A DNA stretch of 64,000 bases from Nitrospirota bacterium (GCA_009773185.1 WPIF01000003.1:12760-76759), one strand, 5' to 3'; counted from the stretch's first letter, positions 8,915-18,627 are shown. A program made the numbers and translations. The notes: generated by a model from the letters alone, not told the origin.

Positions 8915-9349
8915 TTGGGACGCCGGAATCACGAAATGAAAGGAGATGACATGAAAAAGAACATAATGGGAACAATGGTAGGACTGCTCTTGCTAATCCT
9001 GAGCGTCTCCGCTTCAGTTTGGGCAATGGATGGACTGCCAAACCGCGGAGGCAGAATGGGATCGCCTCCAGAAGCAATTGAGGCATGCAAAGACAAGACT
9101 GAAGGGGATGCCGTGGAGTTTGTTACCCCTCGCGGAGACAAGGTCAAAGCAACGTGCCGTATAATGGCGCTGCCCGAAACCTTCGCAGGTGATGATGAAC
9201 GCAAGGGTCCCAAGGGATCTATAGGTAAGGCAATTGAGGCATGCAAAGACAAGACTGAAGGGGATGCCGTGGAGTTTGTTACCCCTCACGGAGACAAGGT
9301 CAAAGCAACGTGCCGTATAATGGCGCTGCCCGAAAACTTTGTCAGGTGA
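8915..9349 (+). CDS. Secreted protein with a duplicated ~36-aa Cys-pair domain (likely start ATG 8951)
   Basis: SD AGGAGA at 8941; signal peptide; AIEACKDKTEGDAVEFVTP.GDKVKATC twice, DNA period 156 nt. Confidence 0.75.
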   Translation: MGRRNHEMKGDDMKKNIMGTMVGLLLLILSVSASVWAMDGLPNRGGRMGSPPEAIEACKDKTEGDAVEFVTPRGDKVKATCRIMALPETFAGDDERKGPKGSIGKAIEACKDKTEGDAVEFVTPHGDKVKATCRIMALPENFVR

Positions 9350-9376
9350 TGATGGAACTGGCAAAAGGAAGTCGCC

Positions 9377-10861
9377 ATGATCGCTTTATGTGACATAAGC
9401 AAAACAGGGTTTATCTCATCTATTATTCGCCGCGTAGCAGGGGGTCTTGCTATAAGTGCATCTATACTGGCAGCAGGTTGCGCCACGGTCGGGCCGGATT
9501 ATGTCAGGCCTGACACATCATTATCCACGACATGGCACAGCGATTTAAAAGGCAGGCTCACTGCCGGGGAGATGGATCCGCGGACTCTGGCATCTTGGTG
9601 GATCACTCTCAATGATTCGGGACTCTCAAACCTGATTGACCGCGCAGTAGCGGGCAACCTCTACCTAAAGAAGGCACTGGCGCGGGTTCGTGAATCTCGC
9701 GCCCGCCGAGGCATAGCCAAGGCCGGTCTATTTCCGACCTTCGATGCCGTAGGCTCTGCAACTTGGACTGAAAGCAGTAAAGATACTGGGACTAATAGGA
9801 CCAACGAAACAAGTGACCTTTATACTGCAAGCTTTGACGCAGGTTGGGAAATTGACATCTTCGGCGGTGTTCGCCGCTCAGTAGAGGCTGCTGAGGCAGA
9901 TGTCGGAACCAGTCAGGAGGAACTACACGATGTGCTCGTCTCCCTGCTCGCAGAAGTAGCTGTAAACTACATTGATCTGAGAACGTTTCAGTCACGATTG
10001 GCCATAGCGGAAGGTAACCTGGAATCACAAAACGAAACCTATCAGTTGACCGTATGGCGATATCAGGCAGGGCTGAGTGATGAACTATCAGTACAGCAGG
10101 CACGCTATAATCTTGAGAATACCAGATCCCAGTTGCCAACCTTGCGCACCGGAAAAGAAGAGGCATTGAACCGTATTGCTGTTTTACTGGGAGAACAACC
10201 TGGAAAGATCCATAGTTTGCTGGAGCAGCAAGCGTCAATACCGGTTATCCCCCTTAAGCTCGCTATAGGCGTACCTGCCGATGTTCTTAGAAACCGTCCG
10301 GATGTGCGAAAAGCTGAGCGCGAATTGGCTGCTCAATCAGCGAGGATCGGCGTGGCCACAGCAGACCTCTACCCCAAGTTGACCTTAAGTGGATCCATTG
10401 GAATCGAAACACTGAAGATAAGTTCACAGCCCGCCACGCAAACATGGTCATCGAGCTTTGGACCCGGAATCACGTGGGCGATCTTTAAGGCTGGTGCCAT
10501 TCGTCAAAACATAGAGGTGCAGTCAGCACTTCATGAGCAGGCATTGATTAACTATGAAGCTACCATTCTCAGTGCACTGGAAAATGTGGAAAACGCTCTC
10601 GTGGCTTATGCTGAAGAGCAAGGCAGAAGAGATGCTCTTAGCGTAGCAGAAGAGGCGGCCCAAAAGTCGGCTGATCTTGCAAAATACAAGTATCAGAGTG
10701 GGCTGACTGATTTTAACAATGTCTTGGAAGCGCAGCGCTCTTTACTCACCTTTCAGGATCAACTGGCCCAGAGCAATGGGATCGTAGCCTCTAACCTGGT
10801 CCGCTTGTACAAGGCTCTTGGAGGCGGATGGATATCAATAGATCCCGCTGAAAAGAAATAG
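9377..10861 (+). CDS. Outer-membrane efflux lipoprotein, TolC/NodT family
   Basis: Lipobox LAAGC, WEIDIFGG, P..VL.NRPDV, LYKALGGGW. Confidence 0.92.
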   Translation: MIALCDISKTGFISSIIRRVAGGLAISASILAAGCATVGPDYVRPDTSLSTTWHSDLKGRLTAGEMDPRTLASWWITLNDSGLSNLIDRAVAGNLYLKKALARVRESRARRGIAKAGLFPTFDAVGSATWTESSKDTGTNRTNETSDLYTASFDAGWEIDIFGGVRRSVEAAEADVGTSQEELHDVLVSLLAEVAVNYIDLRTFQSRLAIAEGNLESQNETYQLTVWRYQAGLSDELSVQQARYNLENTRSQLPTLRTGKEEALNRIAVLLGEQPGKIHSLLEQQASIPVIPLKLAIGVPADVLRNRPDVRKAERELAAQSARIGVATADLYPKLTLSGSIGIETLKISSQPATQTWSSSFGPGITWAIFKAGAIRQNIEVQSALHEQALINYEATILSALENVENALVAYAEEQGRRDALSVAEEAAQKSADLAKYKYQSGLTDFNNVLEAQRSLLTFQDQLAQSNGIVASNLVRLYKALGGGWISIDPAEKK

Positions 10862-10864
10862 CTT

Positions 10865-12163
10865 TTGAAATGGAGAAGAGAAATGAAATCTAAGATTGAG
10901 CCGAAACCAGATATTACAGAGACACTGAGAATGCAACACTCCCCTATGTTCAGCAAACGGCTGAAGCGATATCTTATTGTTGCTTTAGTTGTAATTCTGG
11001 CAGTGGCGGTAGTGATTATCTGGAAAATGGCAGGAAAGACAACCGCATCACAGTACAAAACAGAGCAGGTCCAGCGCGGAGAACTTACGGTTATCGTAAC
11101 CGCTACCGGCACCTTACAGCCGACGAACACGATTAGCGTAGGCAGCGAATTATCTGGTATAACTAAAAGCGTTGAGGTCAACTACAACGACAGAGTAAAA
11201 ATCGGCCAGGTTCTGGCTAGGCTGGACACCCTAAAACTCGAAGCACAAATAACCCAATCCAAAGCGGTACTGGAATCTGCAAAGGCGAAGGTCCTGCAAA
11301 CTCAGGCGACCGTTTCGGAAACACAGGCCAAACTCGGCCAGTTTCAAAAAGTAAGGGAACTGAGCAACGGTAAAGTCCCTTCACAGTCAGAGATGGATGC
11401 TGCAGAAGCGGCCTTTGAACGGGCAAAGGCTGATGCAGCCAGCTCCTTAGCCACAGTTACCGAGGCCCAAGCCACTCTTCAGGCCAATGAGACAAACCTG
11501 TCTAAATCGGTCATAAGATCCCCTATTAACGGCGTTGTTCTCACCCGTAGCATAGAGCCGGGGCAAACCGTGGCCGCGTCCTTTCAAGCTCCTGTGTTGT
11601 TCACTCTTGCCAAAGACCTGATGCAAATGGAACTGCACGTAAATGTAGATGAAGCTGATGTGGGCAAAGTGCAAGAAGGCCAGAAAGCAACTTTCAGTGT
11701 TTCTGCCTATCCTAATCGTACTTTCGAAGCGCGGATTACTCAGGCCCGCTATGCTTCAACAACGACGTCAGGGGTCGTGACCTACGAGACTGTGCTGAAA
11801 GTCAACAACACGGATTTGTCCCTTCGGCCGGGAATGACGGCTACTGCGGACATAACAGTAAAAAAAGTCTTAAATGCCATCCTGGTACCCAGCGCCGCAC
11901 TTCGTTTTAGTCCACCTGTTCAGCAGGAAGAAAAGTCCTCCACTGGTTTGGTCGGCAGCCTCCTACCGCGTCCACCAAGTGGAACCCAACAACCCACGAC
12001 TACAAACGGAAAACAGCAGAGGGTCTGGATATTAAAAAATAGTCAACTTTCACCTGTCTCTATCACAACAGGGTCAACGAGCGGAGGCTTAACAGAAGTT
12101 CTTGTCGGCAACCTTCAACCAGATATGGAGGTAGTAGTTGATGTTATTACGGGTGCTAAATGA
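10865..12163 (+). CDS. Efflux periplasmic adaptor (MacA/HlyD-like), likely start 10883
   Basis: TM anchor, lipoyl halves, SPINGVV, V.EAD, LRPGMTA. Confidence 0.9.
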   Translation: MKWRREMKSKIEPKPDITETLRMQHSPMFSKRLKRYLIVALVVILAVAVVIIWKMAGKTTASQYKTEQVQRGELTVIVTATGTLQPTNTISVGSELSGITKSVEVNYNDRVKIGQVLARLDTLKLEAQITQSKAVLESAKAKVLQTQATVSETQAKLGQFQKVRELSNGKVPSQSEMDAAEAAFERAKADAASSLATVTEAQATLQANETNLSKSVIRSPINGVVLTRSIEPGQTVAASFQAPVLFTLAKDLMQMELHVNVDEADVGKVQEGQKATFSVSAYPNRTFEARITQARYASTTTSGVVTYETVLKVNNTDLSLRPGMTATADITVKKVLNAILVPSAALRFSPPVQQEEKSSTGLVGSLLPRPPSGTQQPTTTNGKQQRVWILKNSQLSPVSITTGSTSGGLTEVLVGNLQPDMEVVVDVITGAK

Positions 12164-12867
12164 ATACAGGACAACACCTTATAGAATTCAGGGGAGTAAC
12201 CAAAGTCTACGGTGAAAGGCATGCATCGATGCAGGCCCTTCGGGGCATAGATCTTCACATCGTCGAAGGCGAGTTTGTGGCAATAATGGGGCCGAGCGGA
12301 TCCGGAAAATCTACTTGCATGAACATCCTCGGATGCCTCGACACACCAACCTCCGGGACTTATCTGTTCAGGGATGTTGATGTAGGCCAACTGACCCGCA
12401 ATCAGCGTGCCCTGCTCCGGCGTTATTATCAGGGGTTCGTATTTCAGGGTTATAACCTCCTTAACCGTACGTCAGCGATTGAGAACGTAGAGCTTCCTTT
12501 GATCTATCGGGGCGCTCCGGCACACGAGAGGCACGAGCAGGCACTTAGAGCCCTAAATACTGTGGGACTCAAGGGATGGGAATCTCATACACCCGGTGAG
12601 CTTTCAGGAGGACAGCAACAGCGGGTCGCTATTGCTCGTGCCATTGTCACAGAACCGGCTGTGCTATTGGCAGACGAGCCTACAGGCAATCTGGATACGG
12701 CTCGGAGCCGTGAGATCATGGAACTGCTGAATTCGTTGAATATCAAAGAGGGGATTACCATCATCATGATCACTCACGAGCCGGATATGGCAGCCTATGC
12801 AAAGCGGATCATCCATTTCAGGGACGGTCTGGTCGAGACAGATGAGCAAAACGGGAGGACCAAATAA
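12160..12867 (+). CDS. ABC transporter ATP-binding subunit (MacB/LolD-like)
   Basis: [28 protein letters not shown]. Confidence 0.95.
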   Translation: MNTGQHLIEFRGVTKVYGERHASMQALRGIDLHIVEGEFVAIMGPSGSGKSTCMNILGCLDTPTSGTYLFRDVDVGQLTRNQRALLRRYYQGFVFQGYNLLNRTSAIENVELPLIYRGAPAHERHEQALRALNTVGLKGWESHTPGELSGGQQQRVAIARAIVTEPAVLLADEPTGNLDTARSREIMELLNSLNIKEGITIIMITHEPDMAAYAKRIIHFRDGLVETDEQNGRTK

Positions 12868-14072
12868 TGTTGTGGAAAACAATATTGATAGCTTTACGGG
12901 AAATCAGGCGCAATGTCCTGCGATCATTTCTTACTGTACTTGGTATTGTCATAGGCGTAGCAGCAGTAATTACGATGGTGACTATAGGTGGAGGAGCTAC
13001 GGTACAGGTCCGGCAGCAGATCGCAAGTATGGGCAACAACCTGCTGATGATGAGTCCCGGAAAGAGACTGGGACCCGGTCAGTCTACCGGCAGCATTCCA
13101 TTTAAAGAGAACGATGCTGATGCTATTGCAAAGGAAATCAGTTCAATCGCTGCTGTGGCACCGGTATCGTCGCAGTCAATTATGGCTATATTCGGCAACC
13201 AGAATTGGACAACGCAAGTGACCGGGACCGATAATCATTTCTTGAAGGCCACAAACAGGTCTGTAAAAGCGGGAAGGCAGTTCAGCGACAGTGAATTGCG
13301 GAGCGGAGCGGCGGTCTGTATTATTGGTGAGACAGTCCGCAAAAAACTATTCGGCGGTCAAGGCACACTGGGGGAAAAGATTCGTCTGCAAAAACTTTCG
13401 TGCGATGTTATAGGTCTGTTGGAGGAAAAAGGCCAGAGCACCATGGGTATGGATCAGGACGATCTTGTAGTGATTCCCTTGAGTACCTTTCATCGGCGTA
13501 TCTCAGGCAATCAGGATGTCGGTCTTATTCAGATTTCTGTCCAGCAAGGCTCATCAACTGAAAAAGCCCAGAGTGATATTAGAAGATTAATGCGGGAGAG
13601 GCGTCATCTTTCAGCGAGCGATGATGATAACTTCAATGTGATGGACATGAAGGAGATCACAAAAATGCTTACCGGCACCACTCAATTGCTTACGGCATTG
13701 TTAAGTGCGGTTGCTGCAGTCAGCCTCCTTGTCGGCGGTATCGGCATTATGAATATTATGCTTGTATCGGTAACAGAGAGAACCCGTGAGATCGGTGTTC
13801 GACTAGCCATCGGCGCTCTTGAAAATGATGTGCTCACGCAATTCCTCGTGGAAGCTGTGGTGCTCTCATCGCTGGGTGGATTGGTCGGTATCGCTTTGGC
13901 CACAGCAGCTTCGTTTGTCGTAGCTCGACTCATGCAGGTTCCTTATATCTTTAATCCCGGAATCAACCTGCTTTCTTTTATCTTTTCCGCTGCGATCGGA
14001 GTGATATTCGGATTCTTTCCGGCAAGACGTGCAGCCAGGCTCGACCCCATTGATGCGTTGCGGCATGAATAA
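12867..14072 (+). CDS. ABC transporter permease (MacB/FtsX family)
   Basis: RSFLTVLGIVIGVAAV, GGIGIMNIMLVSVTERTREIG, P.DALRHE. Confidence 0.95.
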   Translation: MLWKTILIALREIRRNVLRSFLTVLGIVIGVAAVITMVTIGGGATVQVRQQIASMGNNLLMMSPGKRLGPGQSTGSIPFKENDADAIAKEISSIAAVAPVSSQSIMAIFGNQNWTTQVTGTDNHFLKATNRSVKAGRQFSDSELRSGAAVCIIGETVRKKLFGGQGTLGEKIRLQKLSCDVIGLLEEKGQSTMGMDQDDLVVIPLSTFHRRISGNQDVGLIQISVQQGSSTEKAQSDIRRLMRERRHLSASDDDNFNVMDMKEITKMLTGTTQLLTALLSAVAAVSLLVGGIGIMNIMLVSVTERTREIGVRLAIGALENDVLTQFLVEAVVLSSLGGLVGIALATAASFVVARLMQVPYIFNPGINLLSFIFSAAIGVIFGFFPARRAARLDPIDALRHE

Positions 14073-14108
14073 TGACAGAATTTTTATCAGATCAAGATAC
14101 GGCCCTGC

Positions 14109-14201
14109 ACAATCGCTGATTTGGAAACTTCAGATGAAATTCACTCCCACCATATCTCGGAGGCAATTCAGTACAGGACCCTGGACAGGGGAGTGTTTTA
14201 A
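14109..14201 (+). repeat. 93-bp perfect direct repeat, right copy (orphan comM 3' fragment)
   Basis: Identical to 6570-6662. Confidence 0.95.
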
Positions 14202-14206
14202 CCCGG

Positions 14207-14494
14207 TCAGCCTTCTTTTGTGAGCGTTGCAAAGAGGTGGGCAATCATTACAAGGAAGATTCCGCCTATGAGGGCCCCGAAGGCGCCGATAATCCCTATT
14301 ACAAATATAACGCCTGCAATCACTATAAAATGGTCTTGTGGCAGGTGAGAGCCAAACAGATGATTCATGTCATTGGCCACTGCCTCGCTCCAGCCGCCGC
14401 CAAGACTTTTTCCGAGCAGGATGTCCATACTGAGGGCAACTGCAATGCCCAGGATGCAGCCTAAAACAAGCCCGATATAAAACGCCTTCTTCAC
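14207..14494 (-). CDS. Small integral membrane protein
   Basis: Two long hydrophobic segments; ATGA overlap with the upstream regulator. Confidence 0.7.
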   Translation of the reverse strand: MKKAFYIGLVLGCILGIAVALSMDILLGKSLGGGWSEAVANDMNHLFGSHLPQDHFIVIAGVIFVIGIIGAFGALIGGIFLVMIAHLFATLTKEG

Positions 14495-15855
14495 TCTGTC
14501 TCGATGCCGTATTTTTTGAATTTCCTGTAAAGGGTTGCGAGGTCTATACCAAGTGCCTTTGCGGTTTCCTCTTTATCTTTGTTATGTGCATTGTATATCT
14601 TCATAAGCAGATTTTTTTCATAATCGCCGAGATATGTTTTAAGCGACGAAGATGCCCCTGACGGCTCTTTTTCAGTGCCTGTATTCTTTATTTTATCCGG
14701 GAGGTCTTTCGGGGTTATATAATTGCCCCCGGTAAGCACTACGGACCTTTCGATTACATTCCGCAATTCCCTTACATTGCCGGGCCAGGGGTATTCAATC
14801 AGTAGCGAGAGCGCCTGTTTGTCAATGCCTTTTATATCCTTTTTGTGTTCTTCCGTGTATGTATTCATGAAATGCGTTGCCAGCATCTCTATGTCGTCTT
14901 TTCTCTCCCGGAGCGGCGGTATTTTTATCTCTATTACATTTAATCTCCAGTAGAGGTCTTCCCTGAACCTTCCGTTCTTCAGCCTGTTTTCTATGTCTAC
15001 ATTGGTTGCAGATATTATTCTTACATCAACGATTCTTGGTTTTGTGTCTCCAAGGGGATAAACCTCTCCTGTCTCCAGCACCTTTAACAGCTTGGCCTGA
15101 AGGTTGGGGGGCATGTCGCCTATCTCATCCAGAAACAGCGTGCCCTGATGGGCCAGCGGGATAAGCCCCAACTTATCAGATACCGCTCCTGTAAAAGCGC
15201 CTTTCTTATAACCGAACAATTCGGATTCCAAAAGTCCTTCCGGGATTGCAGAGCAGTTTATGGAGATAAACGGCCTGTCCCTGCGCGGGCTGTTGCAATG
15301 GATAAGTTCTGCTATAAGCCCCTTGCCTGTTCCGCTTTCCCCAAGGATGATGATATTGCTTTTTGTCGGCACTATCTTTTCAATAGTCTCGGTTATCTTC
15401 AGCATGGACTCGGAGTTTGCAACAAAGTCCATACAGGCCTCAATGCGCTGGCTGACCTGATGTTTTAAGGCAATGTTTTCAATAAGTAATTTCTTTTGCT
15501 CCAGAATCTTTCGTATGGTGAGCCTTATCTCTTCGTTAAGAAAGGGCTTGACAATATAATCAACAGCGCCCCTTTTCATTGCATCTACCGCAGACTCTAT
15601 TGAGGCAAAGGCCGTCATGATTATTACCGCTGTGTCAGGGCTCAGCTCCTTTGCCTTTTCAAGCACTGTCATGCCGTCAACCCTGCCCATCTTGAGATCA
15701 GTAATCACAACATCAAAACTCTCTTGCTGGATTTTTTTTATTGCGTCTTCACCGCTGTTGACGGAGCTTACGGCATAATCCTCTCTCTTAAGCAGGAATT
15801 CCAGCGCCTTGCAAATATCCCGCTCGTCATCAACAGTTAATATTTTTGGTTTCAT
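14491..15855 (-). CDS. Sigma54-dependent response regulator (NtrC/AtoC family)
   Basis: Receiver domain, GESGTGK, GAFTGA, LFLDE, WPGNVREL, Fis-type HTH. Confidence 0.95.
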   Translation of the reverse strand: MKPKILTVDDERDICKALEFLLKREDYAVSSVNSGEDAIKKIQQESFDVVITDLKMGRVDGMTVLEKAKELSPDTAVIIMTAFASIESAVDAMKRGAVDYIVKPFLNEEIRLTIRKILEQKKLLIENIALKHQVSQRIEACMDFVANSESMLKITETIEKIVPTKSNIIILGESGTGKGLIAELIHCNSPRRDRPFISINCSAIPEGLLESELFGYKKGAFTGAVSDKLGLIPLAHQGTLFLDEIGDMPPNLQAKLLKVLETGEVYPLGDTKPRIVDVRIISATNVDIENRLKNGRFREDLYWRLNVIEIKIPPLRERKDDIEMLATHFMNTYTEEHKKDIKGIDKQALSLLIEYPWPGNVRELRNVIERSVVLTGGNYITPKDLPDKIKNTGTEKEPSGASSSLKTYLGDYEKNLLMKIYNAHNKDKEETAKALGIDLATLYRKFKKYGIETE

Positions 15856-15879
15856 ATTTTTTATATTTTAAGTTTTACT

Positions 15880-15907
15880 GATGGCTGTTAGCTGATAGTT
15901 GTCAGCT
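15880..15907. repeat. Degenerate heptamer tract GATGGCT GTTAGCT GATAGTT GTCAGCT over the kinase stop codon
   Basis: 7-nt periodicity. Confidence 0.5.
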
Positions 15908-17938
15908 TCCGGCTGGTATTGTTATCGTGAATACGCTCCCCTTGCCGGCTTCGCTTTCAACGGTTAAGGTCCCGTTCATCTTCTTGATTATATCATAACT
16001 CACGGCAAGCCCTAAGCCCGTGCCTTTTTCCTTGGTTGTATAAAACGGGTCGAATATTCTTTTCACATCTTCTTTTGAAATGCCCATGCCTGTATCCTCG
16101 AACTGAATGACGATACCTTCTTCCTTTATAAGGCTTTTGACTGTAAGGGTCCCCACGTCAGGCATTGCATCTATGGCATTCAATGTAAGATTTACAAATA
16201 CCTGTGAGAGCATGTTGCCGTCACATGCTACCTCAGGCAGCGATGCTGAAAGCTCTTTTACGATGGAAATATTCTTTGCCTTTTTGTCGTATTGGATAAG
16301 GTTTATAGACGTCTCTATAATCTCATTTATCTGACATTTCTTCAGCTCTCCTGCGGGCATCCTGGAAAAACCTGAAAGCTGCTTTAATATCTCGGAAATC
16401 CTGTTTATATGGAAGTAGATGGTCTCAAGGCTCTCCTTTTTGAAGTCATCCTGTTCCATCTCCCTGAGTATCTGGACAAAAGAGAATATGGATGTGAGAG
16501 GATTCCCGATCTCATGGGCAATACCTGCTGCAAGCCTGCCGATGGAGGCGAGTTTTTCTGAATGGATTATCTGTTCTTCCATGTTTTTCATCTCTGTTAC
16601 ATCCTGCACAAGCCTTATATATCCGTGTATTTCACCATCCTCGCCTTTTACAGGCGCTGTAGTAACCTGGAAATATTTATCTTTCTGCCCGAAGAGGTTG
16701 GACAATATTACCGTATCAATATTGCCCTTTGCGTATGATTCAGAGATAGCGCAGTCAGGGCAGACCTCCTCACAGGGCTTCCCTATGAGCTCCGTACCGG
16801 CCATGTATTTTATCATCTGATTGGCCCACTGAATTTCCCCTTTTTTATCTATAAGGATAATCCCTCCGCCTATAGCGCTTACAATGGTATCCAGTTTTTC
16901 CTTTTCGCTTGCAAGTTCTGTTGTCCTCTCGCTTACCTTGTTTTCCAGTTCAACCGCATATTTTTCCAGCTCCTGTTTTCTTTTTGCCACCTCTTCTGCC
17001 TGTATTCTTTTTTTGTTAAATACAATTAACAGCGCCGAAACAACGCTTGTTGTTATGAAAATGGAAATAATCAGCCAGGAATAAAGCTTCATGCTCTGCC
17101 TTGTGGCATATGTTACCTCTGAATACGGCGATGACACAGCTATTACCCATGAAATGCTTCCGCCGATATCGGCGGTGGAGAAAGCAATAATCTTGTCTTC
17201 TCCAGAAGCAGCAATGTATCTGCCGTACTTATCCGCCTTACCCTCGACTATTCTTTTTTCAAGGTCGAAGCTTATATGACATTTAAAGCATGTGGCGTCA
17301 GCCTTGTACAGGTTTCTCCCTACCATTTCAGGCTGGGTCGGATGATAGAGCAGGTTGCCGTCCTTGTCCATCATCCACGCATACCCCTTTGTGCCTGACT
17401 TAAGGTCCTTGAAAAATTGATTTGCAATGTCCTGAATTTCTGATGAGAAAAGCACTATGCAGGCCAGCTGGTTATTTTTATATACAGGGGCTATAACAGT
17501 AATCATCGGCTGCGTTTCCACTATCTTTGCATCCAGCGATTTTATATTGCCGGCCTCCTTTATTGCCTGAGGCACCAATTGCTTTATTAAAGCTCTATCC
17601 CCTCTGTAAAAAAGGATATTTCCCCCGGCATCGAGTATCCCAACATTTGTTTTTATCAGCCTCTTATGTTTCAATTCGTTGGCTATTAATACGTCAAAAG
17701 CGGTTTCATTTTCAATGCCTTTTTCCGGCAGTTCCCTGGCAAGTTCCACAATCTCTTCTTTAAGGAAGTAAAAGTATGATTTTATGTTGTTTGCCGTGGA
17801 TGTGGAGAGCAGGAGCTGGTGCTTGTTGAATTGTTCTGCTACCTCCATCTGCAGGGATTGCTGAAAAAAGATGTTAAGGGTAATGAGGGCAGAGATTATT
17901 ACTATAAGGGTGCCGATTATCAGCAAATAACCTTTCAC
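15902..17938 (-). CDS. Sensor histidine kinase with a periplasmic Cache domain carrying a CxxCH motif
   Basis: TM1, Cache-like YAWMMDKDGNLLYHP, CFKCH, TM2, PAS-like, AGIAHEIGNPL, KGTGLGL. Confidence 0.9.
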   Translation of the reverse strand: MKGYLLIIGTLIVIISALITLNIFFQQSLQMEVAEQFNKHQLLLSTSTANNIKSYFYFLKEEIVELARELPEKGIENETAFDVLIANELKHKRLIKTNVGILDAGGNILFYRGDRALIKQLVPQAIKEAGNIKSLDAKIVETQPMITVIAPVYKNNQLACIVLFSSEIQDIANQFFKDLKSGTKGYAWMMDKDGNLLYHPTQPEMVGRNLYKADATCFKCHISFDLEKRIVEGKADKYGRYIAASGEDKIIAFSTADIGGSISWVIAVSSPYSEVTYATRQSMKLYSWLIISIFITTSVVSALLIVFNKKRIQAEEVAKRKQELEKYAVELENKVSERTTELASEKEKLDTIVSAIGGGIILIDKKGEIQWANQMIKYMAGTELIGKPCEEVCPDCAISESYAKGNIDTVILSNLFGQKDKYFQVTTAPVKGEDGEIHGYIRLVQDVTEMKNMEEQIIHSEKLASIGRLAAGIAHEIGNPLTSIFSFVQILREMEQDDFKKESLETIYFHINRISEILKQLSGFSRMPAGELKKCQINEIIETSINLIQYDKKAKNISIVKELSASLPEVACDGNMLSQVFVNLTLNAIDAMPDVGTLTVKSLIKEEGIVIQFEDTGMGISKEDVKRIFDPFYTTKEKGTGLGLAVSYDIIKKMNGTLTVESEAGKGSVFTITIPAGS

Positions 17939-17981
17939 TCTTAAATATAACAGAAAACAGAAGGTTTGATAAACTATGACT

Positions 17982-18108
17982 TAAAGGCGGTGCATAATAT
18001 TCTCGCTCATTCTCGACCCGATGACTCGGGTCTCCGAGGTTTTGCCTGTCCATGCATTCTGCATAGAGGCAGGCAAAAAAACCGCTCGAATACCATACAC
18101 CACCTTTA
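17982..18108 (-). other. ~127-nt structured intergenic element, copy 1 (copy 2 at 42724-42855)
   Basis: Long terminal stem, inner stems and three conserved blocks shared with copy 2; stem mismatches become G-T on the minus strand. Confidence 0.75.
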
Positions 18109-18117
18109 TATTAGGAA

Positions 18118-18522
18118 TTATTTTGCCTGAATCAGCTTGGAGTAAGCCTCGGCAATAACAGAACCATCACTTTGCATTAAAAGGCGGGCAGCTGCTTCAA
18201 TTAGCCTGGAACCTCTTTTTGTTATTTCTGCTTCCACAATCACCTTTTCATCAACCAGCAGCGGTTTTTTGAATCTGACGTTTATCTCTGCTGTAACAGG
18301 GTTCAGTCCCTCTGCTATTGCAGCCTGTATCATTGCCTCGTCAAGTATGGTTGTTATTATTCCGCCGTGAGTTATGTCCTTATAGCCCTGATGAATCTTT
18401 GAAGGCGTAAATTCAGAAGTAAGCCTGCCCCCGGAATAATTAAAGGACAGTTTTAACCCGCAGGGATTTTCCTTGCCGCAGGCAAAACAATATTTATCGT
18501 CTTCAAGCTTTAACTGGTCCAT
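18118..18522 (-). CDS. PaaI-family hotdog thioesterase
   Basis: CFACGKENPCGL, HQGY..ITHGGIITTILDE. Confidence 0.9.
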   Translation of the reverse strand: MDQLKLEDDKYCFACGKENPCGLKLSFNYSGGRLTSEFTPSKIHQGYKDITHGGIITTILDEAMIQAAIAEGLNPVTAEINVRFKKPLLVDEKVIVEAEITKRGSRLIEAAARLLMQSDGSVIAEAYSKLIQAK

Positions 18523-18627
18523 AGTAAACAGAATATATCATTACACTGATTTATAAGGCAAGCCCGTGCACTTTATGGCAAATTCAGTTTGGTGTTATAA
18601 TTACTCAAAAATAATCCGGAGGTTTTT

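Larger units (their letters stand above)
6663..14201. mobile_element. Integrase-less island (BaeSR + efflux cassette) integrated at the comM 3' end
   Basis: Bounded by 93-bp direct repeats; a self-contained regulator + efflux module; no recombinase inside. Confidence 0.75.

Noticed and set aside
8784-9486. Minus-strand ORFs 8784-9086, 8929-9252, 9014-9364 and 9286-9486
   Set aside because: Shadows of the plus-strand repeat protein and efflux gene; no SD or family motifs.
14029-14223. 64-aa ORF containing comM-like DNA
   Set aside because: Off-frame read through the duplicated comM fragment; not a gene.
14207-18117. Sigma54 (-24/-12) promoter near the NtrC-type regulator
   Set aside because: No convincing TGGCAC-N5-TTGC found by eye in adjacent intergenic DNA.
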